A stretch of DNA of 64,000 bases from Desulfuromonadaceae bacterium (GCA_028687585.1 JAQTZV010000014.1:24718-88717), one strand, 5' to 3'; counted from the stretch's first letter, positions 47,122-57,848 are shown. The notes: generated from the letters alone by a model not told the origin. Translations and numbers: made by a program.

Positions 47122-49125
47122 TCAGCCGATCTCGCGACTGGCAATAAAGCCCTGATGAACGGCATCAAAAACCATGGCAGGCTGCAGAGCGTCACCTGCA
47201 ACCCTGAACGGAATGCCGCTTGCGGCAACCAGCTCCTGAAGCGGGTTGTGCGAGCGTGTTCCGACGGCCAGCACAACAGTGTCGGCAGCGATCTCCTCGA
47301 TACTCCCTTCGCATTCAATTGTTACGTACCCGGCAGTTATCTCAATCACCCGGGCTGCAGTACGGGTCTTGACGCCATATCGTTCCACATCCTGGATCAT
47401 CCCCCAGCGGGTACTTTTGCCGAAGTTTTTGCCCAGTTCACCCAGCATTTCAATTACCGTGACATCCTTGCTGCCCCGAGTTGCCAGTCCGTACAAATCA
47501 TCAACAGATTCGGCCCCATGAACGAGCAGAAACTTGAGTGCTTCGCCGGAAAGTGTGCCTTTCTCTGCAAGGAACAGCGCGGTTTCTACGCCAACCGCAC
47601 CGCCTCCGATTACCAACACTCTTCGCCCTGTTACGACAGCATCAGTCAGGACATCCCAGGCCTGGACAACATGCGGCAGATCGGCGCCCGGCACCGGCAG
47701 TGTGATCGGCAGTCCGCCGGTGGCAATAATAATCGCATCGGGCCTGGTCTCCTTGAGAAACTGCTCATTGACGCTTGAGCCAAGTACGACCGTGGTGCCG
47801 GATAATTCCACTTGTCGCTCCAGGTCGGCGGCCAGCTCAAGAAACTCTTCGCGTCCCGGAGGAGCCCCCGCCAGCAGAAGCTGTCCACCGAGGTGGTCGC
47901 CAGCTTCGTGGAGCGTTACCCGGTGCCCTCGCTCAGCCGCCGAGATTGCGGCGCTCATTCCGGCCGCTCCGCCGCCGATAACGGCAATATTCAGCGGGTG
48001 GTCGGTTTTGCTGCCCGCCCGTGATCGCTCATACCCTGCGCGAGGGTTGCAGAAACACTCCACCGCCATCATTTTGAACAGGTTGTCGAAACAGCCCTGA
48101 GCGCAAGCCACACAGTGAACGATGTCAGCTTCATGCCCGCTGCGCGCCTTTTCCGGAAAGAAGGGGTCAGCGATCAGCGCCCGCCCGACGGCCACCATAT
48201 CGCACAGACCATCGGCTATCATTTCACGGGCCAGATCCGGGTCATTGATGCGATGACTGGCGATGACCGGAATAGTGACGCGCTCCTTAATGCCGCGGGC
48301 CAGGTAACCAAAGACGCCGCGCGGCACTTCGGTAACGATCTGTGGTACCTGGGCTTCGTGCCAGCCGACGTTTATGCAGAGCGCATCCACACCGGTTTCT
48401 GCCAGACGGACGGCGTATTCCTGAAGATCCTGACGGCTGGAACCACCCTTCATGAATTCGTTGCCGTTCATTCTGACCAGCAGCGGAAACTCTGCACCTA
48501 CCGCAGCGCGGACGGCAGCAATCACTTCCAGGCCGAAACGGATACGCCCCTCAAAAGCGCCGCCATAGCGGTCCTCCCGTTTGTTGGTGAGCGGCGAGAG
48601 GAATTCGCTGATCAGATAGCCGGTGCCGGAGAGGATCTCTACCGCATCGAAGCCGGCCTCCTTGACCCGTTCGGCCGCCCGGACAAAGCGTGTGATGATC
48701 TCTGCTATCTCCGGTATTTCAAGCTCGTGGGGAGTTTCGCGGGTCAGTCGTGAAGGGATTGCCGATGGCGCCACCGGCTGTTTGCCGCCGGTCAGCATCG
48801 AATGGTTATAGCGTCCGGCATGGTTAAGCTGAACTGAGGAGCGGGCGCCATTATCGCGGATAGCGGTTGCCAGGCGCGTCAACCCGGGGATATAGATATC
48901 TTTGTGGGCACCGATATTGCCGGGATTTCCGGAGAGTTCATCAATGGTAGCATACCCTACCGTTATCATGCCGGCTCCGCCGCGTGCCCGCTCGGAGTAA
49001 AAGTCAACCAGCCGGTCACCCACTGCATAATTTCCTGCCATATTCATATGCATGGCCGGCATGAAGATACGGTTTTTTACCTCCATCCGGTTGATGGTAA
49101 TCGGTTGAAAAAGCGGGTCGATCAT
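47122..49125 (-). CDS. 2,4-dienoyl-CoA reductase-type NADH:flavin oxidoreductase (OYE domain plus FAD/NAD domain)
   Basis: OYE-like N-terminus (NRIFMPAMH..., CVACAQGC Fe-S motif) and VIGGGAAGMSAA dinucleotide fold. ATG 49125 with a GGGAGA SD. Confidence 0.85.
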   Translation of the reverse strand: MIDPLFQPITINRMEVKNRIFMPAMHMNMAGNYAVGDRLVDFYSERARGGAGMITVGYATIDELSGNPGNIGAHKDIYIPGLTRLATAIRDNGARSSVQLNHAGRYNHSMLTGGKQPVAPSAIPSRLTRETPHELEIPEIAEIITRFVRAAERVKEAGFDAVEILSGTGYLISEFLSPLTNKREDRYGGAFEGRIRFGLEVIAAVRAAVGAEFPLLVRMNGNEFMKGGSSRQDLQEYAVRLAETGVDALCINVGWHEAQVPQIVTEVPRGVFGYLARGIKERVTIPVIASHRINDPDLAREMIADGLCDMVAVGRALIADPFFPEKARSGHEADIVHCVACAQGCFDNLFKMMAVECFCNPRAGYERSRAGSKTDHPLNIAVIGGGAAGMSAAISAAERGHRVTLHEAGDHLGGQLLLAGAPPGREEFLELAADLERQVELSGTTVVLGSSVNEQFLKETRPDAIIIATGGLPITLPVPGADLPHVVQAWDVLTDAVVTGRRVLVIGGGAVGVETALFLAEKGTLSGEALKFLLVHGAESVDDLYGLATRGSKDVTVIEMLGELGKNFGKSTRWGMIQDVERYGVKTRTAARVIEITAGYVTIECEGSIEEIAADTVVLAVGTRSHNPLQELVAASGIPFRVAGDALQPAMVFDAVHQGFIASREIG

Positions 49126-49138
49126 GGTTCTCTCCCAG

Positions 49139-50074
49139 TTATGTAATGGCCTCATACGGTACGCTCACCTGATCAAACAGCCCGATCTGTTCCAGAGAAG
49201 CTTTGAGCCGCGTCGGGTCATCCAGAAAATCAAGCATGAACACAATTTCAGACACTTTCAGATAGACGAAAAATGGATCGACCAGCTTTCCCTTGAAGAG
49301 TTGCTCTACTATGTTGTTCAGTGCCAATCCTCTGAACGGGAGCAGTTGGACAACACGCTCCAGCAAAGTCCTGACGTAGAAAAGAAGGGCATCATCAACA
49401 GATTCGACAGAGCGGCGGTGTCCCGGCATGATAGACCTTCCGCGGAGTTGCACGAGGTTGAGCAGAGAGCTGCAGTAGGCATCATAATTTCTGAACCGTC
49501 CGGTAAAACTTTCCAGATCGATATCAAGCAGGGGGGCCTGGAAGATGTTCCGGAGCAGGATGTCCCCGGTGACTGCCGATCCACCGACCAGATATACCAG
49601 ATCACTCTGGGAGTGGCCCGGGCAGGGGAGGTAGCTGATGCCGAGCCGGGCCAGCACATCACATTCTTCTACAATACGGAATCGCTCCGGAATGGCGGGG
49701 AATACCTTATTGCGCTCAAACGATTCCCGTAACTGAACGGCAAAATCGCCTCCAAATCCGCATCCGCCGAGAAGTTCTACCATCCGCTCCATCCGCTCTG
49801 CGTGTCGTTGAAATTTGATGGCATCGCTTCGCGGAATATATATTGCTGCATCACTCTGCTGAAGAATAAAGTTGGCCAGTCCGTAGTGATCCACATGGCA
49901 ATGAGTGATACAGACGTGTTTCAGGCGTTTGAGATCGATCTCGTCACGCAGGCAGGCCTCTCCCTCGGGCGTTGGCGGGCCGGTGTCGAAGAGCACCAGC
50001 TCGCCGTTTAGTTCTACGCTGTAGAAGTGAACCTCACCAACTATGTAGGGTGTTTGTACGGTGTGCTGGCGCAT
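49139..50074 (-). CDS. MBL-fold metallo-hydrolase
   Basis: THCHVDHYG metal-binding motif. Confidence 0.8.
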   Translation of the reverse strand: MRQHTVQTPYIVGEVHFYSVELNGELVLFDTGPPTPEGEACLRDEIDLKRLKHVCITHCHVDHYGLANFILQQSDAAIYIPRSDAIKFQRHAERMERMVELLGGCGFGGDFAVQLRESFERNKVFPAIPERFRIVEECDVLARLGISYLPCPGHSQSDLVYLVGGSAVTGDILLRNIFQAPLLDIDLESFTGRFRNYDAYCSSLLNLVQLRGRSIMPGHRRSVESVDDALLFYVRTLLERVVQLLPFRGLALNNIVEQLFKGKLVDPFFVYLKVSEIVFMLDFLDDPTRLKASLEQIGLFDQVSVPYEAIT

Positions 50075-50088
50075 GGCGCTCCGATAGT

Positions 50089-51867
50089 TTAATAAAAATA
50101 TTTATCCGCTTCGATCGATGCTGCCGCCAGCAGGCGTTTCGCCTTGAGCAGTCCGGTCGCATCGTACTTGGTAAATCTGCGGATGCCGGCCAGCAGCATG
50201 GTCAGGGTGTCACCCTCTTCGATGAAGTAGGCGGCCCGGCGTGCGGCGGAGGCGGCTTTTTCTGTGCCGTTGAAGGTGAATATCTTCACGGCGGCGCTGA
50301 TGGAAGCCTTTTTGCCTTCGCTCAGTTTCGGCATGATCTTCTCGGCGCGCAGTACGGCGCTTTCGATGGCAAAGATGTTGATTGCCAGGTCGGCAACCGC
50401 CAGCAGGATCTCCTGCTCATCCTTGATTTTATCCATAAACTTCTGTACGCCGCTGCCGGCAAGAACCAGGAACGCCTGCTTCAGGTTGGCGACCAGCGCC
50501 TTCTCCGCAGCAAATGGAACAGAGTCGTCAAGCTCATCAAACGATGGTGACATCAGCGATTCGAATGCCTTCATCGCCTCTTTCTGGAGCGGGATTTCCC
50601 CTTTCATGGCGCGGCGGAGAATAATGCCGGGGATCAGCAGGCGGTTGATCTCGTTGGTCCCTTCCCAGATCCGGTTGATGCGTTCGTCACGATAGTACCC
50701 TTCTGCGGCGTATTCCTGGATGAAGCCGTATCCGCCATGAATCTGGACAACCTCATCGACGACATCCGCCAACACCTCACTGCAGAAAACCTTGGCAATG
50801 GCGCATTCTACCGAATATTCCTCGATGCCCTGCTGATAGGCCTCATAATAGTCGTCGGTTCCTTTCGCTACGGTCGCGAGACGATCGTCAATGAGACCGG
50901 CCAGGCGGTAGACAACCGATTCAGAAGCGAAGATGAGGGCGCTCATGTCGGCTATTTTTTCCTGAATAGCGCCGAATGTGCCGATCGTTACACCGAAAGC
51001 TTTTCGCTCATTGGCATATTTGATGCCGGTGGTAAGCGCGGTTTTAGCGGCGCCGGTTGCGCCTGCTCCCAGTTTGAAGCGGCCGACATTGAGGACATTG
51101 AAGGCGATTTTGTGCCCTTTGCCGATTTCGCCCAGAAGGTTCTCAACCGGTACTTTCGCATCTTCCAGAATGATCTGGGTGGTTGATGATCCTCTGACGC
51201 CCATTTTGTTCTCTTCCGTCCCGACGCTCAGCCCTTCGGTTGTCCGCTCAACCAGGAAGCCGGTGAAGTGCTGTTTGTCGATCTTGGCAAACACGGTATA
51301 GAAATCGGCGATGCCGCCATTGGTGATAAACTGTTTGGTGCCGTTCAGGATATAGTGTTTGCCGTCCGGAGAGAGAACTGCGGTTGCGGAGGCGCCAAGC
51401 GCATCGCTGCCGGAGCCCGGCTCGGTCAGGCAGTAGGCGGCAATCCATTCGCCGGAAATGATCTTGTGCAGATACTGTTCCTTCTGTTTTTTGGTCCCGT
51501 AATAAACCAGCGGCAACGTGCCGATACCGGTATGAGCCGAGTAGGTCACGGAAAACGAGCCGGCCTGGGCCAGCTTCTCAGCCGCCAGCATGCTGGTCGC
51601 CTTGTCAAGTTCCAGCCCGCCATACTCCTCGGGCGCATCGATCATGAGCAGTCCAAGTTCGCCGCACTTCTTCATCAATTCGACGGTCAGGGGAAGATCG
51701 TGATGTTCAATCGCTTCGCGCTGCGGGATAACTTCATTCAGGACGAACTGCTCGGTGGTATCGCCGATCTGGCGCTGTTCGTCTGTAAAGTCCTCCGGTG
51801 TGAAAATGTCATGTTTATCAGCTTCTGTAATCAGATATTCGGCGCCTTTGAATAGTTTTGCGGACAT
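50089..51867 (-). CDS. Acyl-CoA dehydrogenase (long, about 590-aa type)
   Basis: CLTEPGSGSD and IHGGYGF ACAD motifs. Confidence 0.9.
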   Translation of the reverse strand: MSAKLFKGAEYLITEADKHDIFTPEDFTDEQRQIGDTTEQFVLNEVIPQREAIEHHDLPLTVELMKKCGELGLLMIDAPEEYGGLELDKATSMLAAEKLAQAGSFSVTYSAHTGIGTLPLVYYGTKKQKEQYLHKIISGEWIAAYCLTEPGSGSDALGASATAVLSPDGKHYILNGTKQFITNGGIADFYTVFAKIDKQHFTGFLVERTTEGLSVGTEENKMGVRGSSTTQIILEDAKVPVENLLGEIGKGHKIAFNVLNVGRFKLGAGATGAAKTALTTGIKYANERKAFGVTIGTFGAIQEKIADMSALIFASESVVYRLAGLIDDRLATVAKGTDDYYEAYQQGIEEYSVECAIAKVFCSEVLADVVDEVVQIHGGYGFIQEYAAEGYYRDERINRIWEGTNEINRLLIPGIILRRAMKGEIPLQKEAMKAFESLMSPSFDELDDSVPFAAEKALVANLKQAFLVLAGSGVQKFMDKIKDEQEILLAVADLAINIFAIESAVLRAEKIMPKLSEGKKASISAAVKIFTFNGTEKAASAARRAAYFIEEGDTLTMLLAGIRRFTKYDATGLLKAKRLLAAASIEADKYFY

Positions 51868-51916
51868 GGTGTCACCTCGTAAAATTTTTTATTATTTGCT
51901 ATTTGTACTGAAACCC

Positions 51917-52041
51917 AACCACCCCCAACCCCTCCTTTAGTAAGGAGGGGAGCCCTACCAAAAGTAAGCGCTTTTAAGCGAAATAAGAGGGGGAGAATAA
52001 GCTCCCCCTCCTTCCTTTAAGGAGGGGGCTGGGGGGTGGTT
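51917..52041. repeat. GC-rich compound palindromic (REP-like) intergenic element
   Basis: AACCACCCCC (51917-51926) pairs with GGGGGTGGTT (52032-52041). Inner hairpins are CCCCTCCTT-TAGT-AAGGAGGGG and CCCCCTCCTT-CCTTT-AAGGAGGGGG. Confidence 0.8.
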
Positions 52042-53212
52042 ACACCTTCTCAAAAATACCGGCAGCACCCATGCCGCCGCCGATACACATGGATATCATG
52101 CCGTAACGGGTATCCGTTCGCTGCATCTCCTGGAGGATACCGGCGGTCAGTTTCGCGCCGGTACATCCAAGCGGGTGGCCAAGCGAAATGGCCCCGCCGT
52201 TCACGTTGACCCGCGCGGGATCTATGCCAAGCTCCTTGAGGCAGGCGAGTGACTGGGCTGCAAAAGCCTCATTCAGTTCAATCAGGCCGATGTCGTCCAG
52301 GTTCAGGCCGGCAAGTTTCAGCGCGGCAGGAATTGCTGCCACCGGGCCGATTCCCATCAACTCGGGCGGCACCCCTTTAACGGCAAAGGCGACGAAACGG
52401 GCCAGCGCCTTTTTACCAATCTTTTTAAGATAATCTTCCGATACCACCAGCACCGCAGCCGCTCCATCAGTCATCTGGGAGGTGTTTCCGGCGGTAACCG
52501 TTCCGGTTGCCTTAAAGGGCGGTTTCAGCTTTGCAAGGCCGGCGACCGTTGTATCACCACGCACTCCATCATCGGCGTCGACCAGCTCTGTACTTCGTTT
52601 CATCTTCCCGTTGATTAATTGGCAGTTCTCTATCTCCACCGGAATAATTTCATCCTTGAATTTCCCTGCAGCGATGGCAGCGGCAGCCTTGGCGTGGCTC
52701 GATGCGGCAAAAGCATCCTGCTGTTCCCGGGTGACGCCGTATTTCTCTGCGACAAGCTCCGCAGTAATACCCATGGAAGCAAATGCTTCCGGCCAGCTGG
52801 CCATCAGAGATGGGTTGGCGCTGTATTTCCCGCCGCCCATCGGAATCATGCTCATGCTCTCGGCGCCGCCGGCAATAATGCAGTCGGCAAATCCGGCCAT
52901 AATCCGTTCTGCAGCGGTCGCTATCGTCTGCAGGCCGGAGGAGCAGAACCGGTTAACCGTCTGGGCGGGGACTTCGACCGGCACGCCGGCCTTCATTGCT
53001 GCCACGCGAGCAAAGTTCATTCCCTGCTCTGCTTCGGGGAAGGCGCAACCGATAATGATATCTTCAACGTCGTGCGGATCAATACCGGTTCTCTCCAGCA
53101 GTCCCTTGATAGCGATCGCTGCGAGATCGTCCGGCCGGACATCTTTCAATTTTCCTTTTTTTGCGCGGCAGCCGGGGGTGCGGTAGGCGGCCAGAATATA
53201 TGCATTTCTCAT
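52040..53212 (-). CDS. Acetyl-CoA C-acyltransferase (thiolase)
   Basis: NRFCSSGLQ active-site Cys and C-terminal CIGGGMGAA. True start is ATG 53212 (MRNAYIL) after GGAGG. The 62 upstream codons of the track ORF read through a repeat element. Confidence 0.9.
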   Translation of the reverse strand: MRNAYILAAYRTPGCRAKKGKLKDVRPDDLAAIAIKGLLERTGIDPHDVEDIIIGCAFPEAEQGMNFARVAAMKAGVPVEVPAQTVNRFCSSGLQTIATAAERIMAGFADCIIAGGAESMSMIPMGGGKYSANPSLMASWPEAFASMGITAELVAEKYGVTREQQDAFAASSHAKAAAAIAAGKFKDEIIPVEIENCQLINGKMKRSTELVDADDGVRGDTTVAGLAKLKPPFKATGTVTAGNTSQMTDGAAAVLVVSEDYLKKIGKKALARFVAFAVKGVPPELMGIGPVAAIPAALKLAGLNLDDIGLIELNEAFAAQSLACLKELGIDPARVNVNGGAISLGHPLGCTGAKLTAGILQEMQRTDTRYGMISMCIGGGMGAAGIFEKV

Positions 53213-53236
53213 TTTTTCCTCCGTATGTGTTGTGTT

Positions 53237-53293
53237 GTAGGGGCGAATCTTGTATTCGCCTCGGCTGCGGGCGATCACAAGGATCGCCCCTAC
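53237..53293. repeat. REP-like palindromic element GTAGGGGCGA...TCGCCCCTAC
   Basis: Terminal 10-bp inverted repeat enclosing two hairpins (GGCGAAT...ATTCGCC and GGGCGATC...GATCGCCC). Confidence 0.75.
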
Positions 53294-53303
53294 AGCCGAC
53301 GCA

Positions 53304-55691
53304 TTAATTCCGCAGCGGCTTACCTTTCTTGAGCATATGTTGAATCCGCTCCAGCGTCTTCTTCTGTCCGCAGAGGCGTACAAAGGCCTCCCGTTCAAGA
53401 TCCAGAAGATACTCTTCGGTGATCAGGGTTCCGGCAGGAACATCCCCGCCAGTGATGACATCAGCAACCATGCCGGCCAGATACTGGTCATACTCGGAGA
53501 TGAAACCGCCTTGCTGCATATTCCAGAGCTGCGATTTGATGGAAGCGGCAACGCTGCGGCCCGGTGCTTTCAAGTCGGTCAGTGGCCGGGCGGGGCGATA
53601 GTTGGCAGCCAGCGAGATCGCCTTCAGCTTGGCGTCATGGATGCGTTTGTCGATATCCATGGTAATGGCGTCCCCTTGACGCATAAAGCCCATCGGTCCA
53701 AGCTCTGCCGCCGACATACTGACCTTGGCCATGGCAATGTTCATGAAGTTTTTGAAGATGAACGGGGTTGCATCCATTTCATATTCTTCTGCCAGCTTGA
53801 TGGCGCGAATCGCCATCTCCTTGGTGCCGCCACCTGCCGGGAGCAGGCCAACGCCCAGTTCCACCAGGCCCATGTAGGTTTCGGCGTGAGGAATGATCGC
53901 ATCGGAATGCAGGCAGGTTTCACAACCGCCCCCCATAACAAGATTGTGCGGAGCGGCCACGACCGGGATCTTCGAGTATTTGAGCGCTATCATCGCCTTT
54001 TGGAAACCTTTGACCGTCATGGCAATTTCGTCATACGCCCCTTCGGCGACCGCCATAACCAGCAGCATCAGGTTGGCGCCGGCGGAGAACATGGCTCCTT
54101 CATTGGCGATGACCAGGCCAACGCCATCTTCTTCTGTCCGTTTGACCGCCTTATGCACCATGGAGAGGATTTCGCCACCGATGGCGTTCATCTTGGTATG
54201 GAACTCGAGGCAGAAAACACCGTCGCCGAGGTCGATTACGGAAGCGCCGCTGTTCTTTTCCACGACGTTGTTATTTCTTTTGAGGATTGAAAGGCTGATG
54301 TGTCCCGGTTTCTGCGGCACTTCGCGGTATGTGCCATCAAGAACGTTATAGTAGTAATTACGGCCGTTTTCGAATTTGTAGAAATGCTCGATTGTTTTCA
54401 GTCCGGCCGGAACCGGGATGCCGTCCTTTTCAGCCCGCTCTACAAAATAGGCGACACCGATCGCATCGAGCATCTCAAACGGACCAAGTTCCCAGTTGAA
54501 GCCCCACTTCATGGCATTGTCAATGTTGACGATATCGTCGGCTATTTCCGGAATCCGGTTGAAGGTATAGATCAAGGTGTCACGCATATTGGCCCAGGCA
54601 AACTGTGCCGCCTTGTCGCTGCCGGTGACGAGCGCCTGCAGACGTTTGGCCGGATCGTCGATCGACTTTGCCGCTTCTATGGAGGCGAACTTGGGACGCT
54701 GTGAAGGCGCATATTCTCCGGTTTTATAATCGTAGTAGAAAAATTCTTGCCCCTTATCTCCTTTGACCTTCTTGAAAAAGCCCTGCCGACTCTTGTTGCC
54801 GAGCAGTCCTTTAGAGACCATTTCGCCGACAAAAGCAGGGAATTTGAAAATATTGCGCTGCTCATCATTGACCAGCAGTTCGTAGGAGTTATTGGCTACA
54901 TGCTGGAGGGTATCGATGCCGACCAGGTCGGCGGTACGGAAGGCCGCGCTTTTGGGGCGGGCGGTGGCCGGTCCTGCGATGGCATCAACCTCTTCAACAG
55001 TCATGTCACTCGCTATCATAGTGCGTACGCAGTTGCAGATCGCGTATACCCCGATGCGATTGGCGATGAAGTTGGGGGTGTCTTTGGCGTAGACAATGCC
55101 TTTGCCGAGACGCTTGGCGATGAAGTCGGCCATAAAGGCGGTGACCGCAGGGTCGGTAGCCGAGCAGGAGACGATTTCCAGCAGGCGCATATAGCGTGGC
55201 GGATTGAAGAAATGGGTGACCAGAAAATTCTTGCGGACATGTTCCGGCAGGCATTCAGCCATCTCGTTGACGGAGAGGCCGCTGGTGTTCGTGGAAAGGA
55301 TTGCCCCCTCTTTGAGGTTCGGCACAACCTTTTCGGTGAAGAGCTTCTTCTTGATCGCCATGTTTTCAATGACGACCTCAACAACCCAGTCGCACTCCTT
55401 GAGTTTTGCCATATCATCGTCAAAGTTTCCGACTTCGATGTTTCCGGCATAGCCCGGCAGAAAAAACGGGGCCGGCTTCATCTTTATCAGCCCGCCACGT
55501 CCGGCGGCGGCGATGCGGTTGCGCACCGTGCGGTCGGTGATGGTGAGTCCTGCTGCGCTCTCGGCATCGCTCGGTTCCCGCGGCACGATATCCATCAATA
55601 GCACCTGAATTCCTGCATTGGCAAGGTGTGCGGCGATAGTTGCCCCCATCACCCCCGCTCCCAGCACTGCTACCTTGGTAATCTGTTTCAT
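53304..55691 (-). CDS. Bifunctional 3-hydroxyacyl-CoA dehydrogenase / enoyl-CoA hydratase (FadB-like)
   Basis: N-terminal VAVLGAGVMGATIAAH Rossmann fold and a C-terminal crotonase-like domain; 795 aa. Confidence 0.9.
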   Translation of the reverse strand: MKQITKVAVLGAGVMGATIAAHLANAGIQVLLMDIVPREPSDAESAAGLTITDRTVRNRIAAAGRGGLIKMKPAPFFLPGYAGNIEVGNFDDDMAKLKECDWVVEVVIENMAIKKKLFTEKVVPNLKEGAILSTNTSGLSVNEMAECLPEHVRKNFLVTHFFNPPRYMRLLEIVSCSATDPAVTAFMADFIAKRLGKGIVYAKDTPNFIANRIGVYAICNCVRTMIASDMTVEEVDAIAGPATARPKSAAFRTADLVGIDTLQHVANNSYELLVNDEQRNIFKFPAFVGEMVSKGLLGNKSRQGFFKKVKGDKGQEFFYYDYKTGEYAPSQRPKFASIEAAKSIDDPAKRLQALVTGSDKAAQFAWANMRDTLIYTFNRIPEIADDIVNIDNAMKWGFNWELGPFEMLDAIGVAYFVERAEKDGIPVPAGLKTIEHFYKFENGRNYYYNVLDGTYREVPQKPGHISLSILKRNNNVVEKNSGASVIDLGDGVFCLEFHTKMNAIGGEILSMVHKAVKRTEEDGVGLVIANEGAMFSAGANLMLLVMAVAEGAYDEIAMTVKGFQKAMIALKYSKIPVVAAPHNLVMGGGCETCLHSDAIIPHAETYMGLVELGVGLLPAGGGTKEMAIRAIKLAEEYEMDATPFIFKNFMNIAMAKVSMSAAELGPMGFMRQGDAITMDIDKRIHDAKLKAISLAANYRPARPLTDLKAPGRSVAASIKSQLWNMQQGGFISEYDQYLAGMVADVITGGDVPAGTLITEEYLLDLEREAFVRLCGQKKTLERIQHMLKKGKPLRN

Positions 55692-55711
55692 TGTTTTCCT
55701 CCTTGTTGGCC

Positions 55712-57523
55712 TTAATTGCTGTGGTCTAAGTACATATCTTCTATGCGATGCTTGTACTTTTCATAAATAATTTTGCGTCTCAGTTTCAGTGTCGGGGTTA
55801 ATTCACCACCCTCAATGGAAAAATCGTGAGCCAGCAGCACAAACTTCTTGATGGTCTCGTACGGGGCAAGACGGCTGTTGATATCAGCGAGTCGCTGCTC
55901 GAAAAGTTTGTTAACCTGCTCATTCATGACGAGATCTTCCATCTCGAAATAATGGAGATGATGCTCTTTGGCGAACTCCAGCATTCTCTCCATGTTGGGC
56001 ACAATCAGAGCGGTAATAAACGGTTTGCGATCGCCGTACACGTAAGCAGAGGAGACGTACTTTATCATCTTCAATTCATTCTCTATCGGCTGAGGAGCGA
56101 TGTTTTTGCCTCCTGCAGTAATGATGAGCTCCTTCTTGCGATCAGTGATAAACACGAAGCCATCTTCGATATGTCCGATGTCGCCGGTTTTGAACCAGCC
56201 TTCCTGGATCGCTTCAGCCGTTGCTTCCGGGTCGTTATAGTATCCGAGCATGATCTGCGGACCCTTTACCAGGATTTCACCATCTGGGGCGATTTTGAAC
56301 TCGGTCTTCGCCAGTGGAAATCCGACCGAACCGAAGCGGATATGTTCAAAATTATTGAACGATATGGCCGGACTGGTTTCGGTCAGGCCATACCCCTCGA
56401 AAATCGGAATTCCGATAATCCAGAAAAATTCATTGATGCTTTTGTCCAAAGGAGCGCCGCCGGAGCAGAACAATTTCATCCTGCCGCCGAACTTTGCCCG
56501 TACCTTGCTGAAAATAAGTTTATCTGCCAGAGCATATTTAAAGTTGAGCAGTGAGGAGGACTGCTTGTGGATATACGTTGCGGCAACATACTGCTTGCCG
56601 ACTTCAACCGCCCAGTGGAAAAGCGCCTTCTTGGCTGACGGCATTTGGTGAGCAGTCTCAAAAATCCGGTGATAAATCTTTTCAAACAACCGTGGGACAC
56701 TCACCATAACGGTTGGCTGGATTTCAAACATATTATCGGGGACTTTTTCAATGCTGTCGGCAAACGCCATCAGAGCGCCATTGCGGATCGTCATGTAGTA
56801 GCCGGCAGTCCGTTCAAGAATGTGACTTAAGGGGAGAAAACTCAGCAGCACATCGTTCTTATTGATCGCGCCGCTCTGCTCAGTCAGGTATTGGGTGTTG
56901 GTCAGAATGTTATTGTGGGAAAGCATGACCCCCTTCGGTACTCCGGTAGTGCCGGACGTATAGATCAGCGTCAGCATATCCTCCGGTTTGATCATGTCGA
57001 TTTTCGCTTCAATTTCCTTCTTTTCTTCAGCCGTTATGGGTGAATCAATTTCGGAGAGCTGGTAGAAGGTGGTGACCGGCAGGCTCGGGTCCCCCAAAAA
57101 ACGTTCGAATGAAACAACCAGCTGCAGCCCCGGAATTGCTTCTCTGACTTTGAGCAGCTTGCTGTATTGGAACTTTCCTGACACAAAAATTATTTTGGCG
57201 CCTGAATGATTAACCATATATTCGATCTGCTCGGGGGTGTTGGTTGGATAGATCGGCACAGTAACGCTGCCGGTGCAGAGAATTCCCATGTCAGCGATAA
57301 CCCAGCCGGCCCGGTTTTCCGAGAGGATGGCAATCCGGTCTCCCTGCTTGATACCCATCTTGCCGAGTCCTCGTGCCACCATCAACGCCCGCTCATAGTA
57401 CGCGGCGTATGTCAGGGTGACAAATTCCCCTTGCTTGCGGTACTTGAGAGCCAGCCGGGAACTGAATTCTCTGGCATTGCTTCTGAGCATGTCTGGTATA
57501 GAGCGATACGTTTGAGTGCCCAT
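55712..57523 (-). CDS. Long-chain fatty acid-CoA ligase (AMP-forming)
   Basis: IYTSGTTGVPKG AMP-binding motif and GWFKTGD. Confidence 0.9.
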   Translation of the reverse strand: MGTQTYRSIPDMLRSNAREFSSRLALKYRKQGEFVTLTYAAYYERALMVARGLGKMGIKQGDRIAILSENRAGWVIADMGILCTGSVTVPIYPTNTPEQIEYMVNHSGAKIIFVSGKFQYSKLLKVREAIPGLQLVVSFERFLGDPSLPVTTFYQLSEIDSPITAEEKKEIEAKIDMIKPEDMLTLIYTSGTTGVPKGVMLSHNNILTNTQYLTEQSGAINKNDVLLSFLPLSHILERTAGYYMTIRNGALMAFADSIEKVPDNMFEIQPTVMVSVPRLFEKIYHRIFETAHQMPSAKKALFHWAVEVGKQYVAATYIHKQSSSLLNFKYALADKLIFSKVRAKFGGRMKLFCSGGAPLDKSINEFFWIIGIPIFEGYGLTETSPAISFNNFEHIRFGSVGFPLAKTEFKIAPDGEILVKGPQIMLGYYNDPEATAEAIQEGWFKTGDIGHIEDGFVFITDRKKELIITAGGKNIAPQPIENELKMIKYVSSAYVYGDRKPFITALIVPNMERMLEFAKEHHLHYFEMEDLVMNEQVNKLFEQRLADINSRLAPYETIKKFVLLAHDFSIEGGELTPTLKLRRKIIYEKYKHRIEDMYLDHSN

Positions 57524-57787
57524 ATATTCACCTCCGGGTGATTATCAATGATAACAGGCTATATATACTTAACGTTCATGTCAAGTATAATTTTATTCTA
57601 TTTTCGTTTTATTATGACGTGTAGGAATATACATACCACCGTTCAGCCCAAGTGCAATAGAGTGCCGATATATCTGCTCCGGTCATATTTTTTTCCGTTC
57701 GTATCGCTGTTGTCTGCAGATAGATTGACATTAACAGCAGTGGAAAAACGGTCGTTTTTTTTTATTTTGTTCGCCACATTTTTATTG

Positions 57788-57816
57788 TTGACATGCGTGT
57801 CAAGGTGGAATAGTTT
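57788..57816 (+). promoter_or_regulatory. Promoter-like TTGACA-N17-TAGTTT with perfect palindrome TTGACATGCGTGTCAA over the -35
   Basis: Palindrome at 57788-57803; -10-like TAGTTT at 57811-57816. Confidence 0.4.
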
Positions 57817-57848
57817 GTCCGGAAAATACTGTTCTAAAATTAAAATAT

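Noticed and set aside
53213-53398. N-terminal 62 residues of the track ORF for the thiolase
   Set aside because: They read through a palindromic REP-like element. A GGAGG SD and ATG at 53212 give the conserved thiolase N-terminus MRNAYIL.
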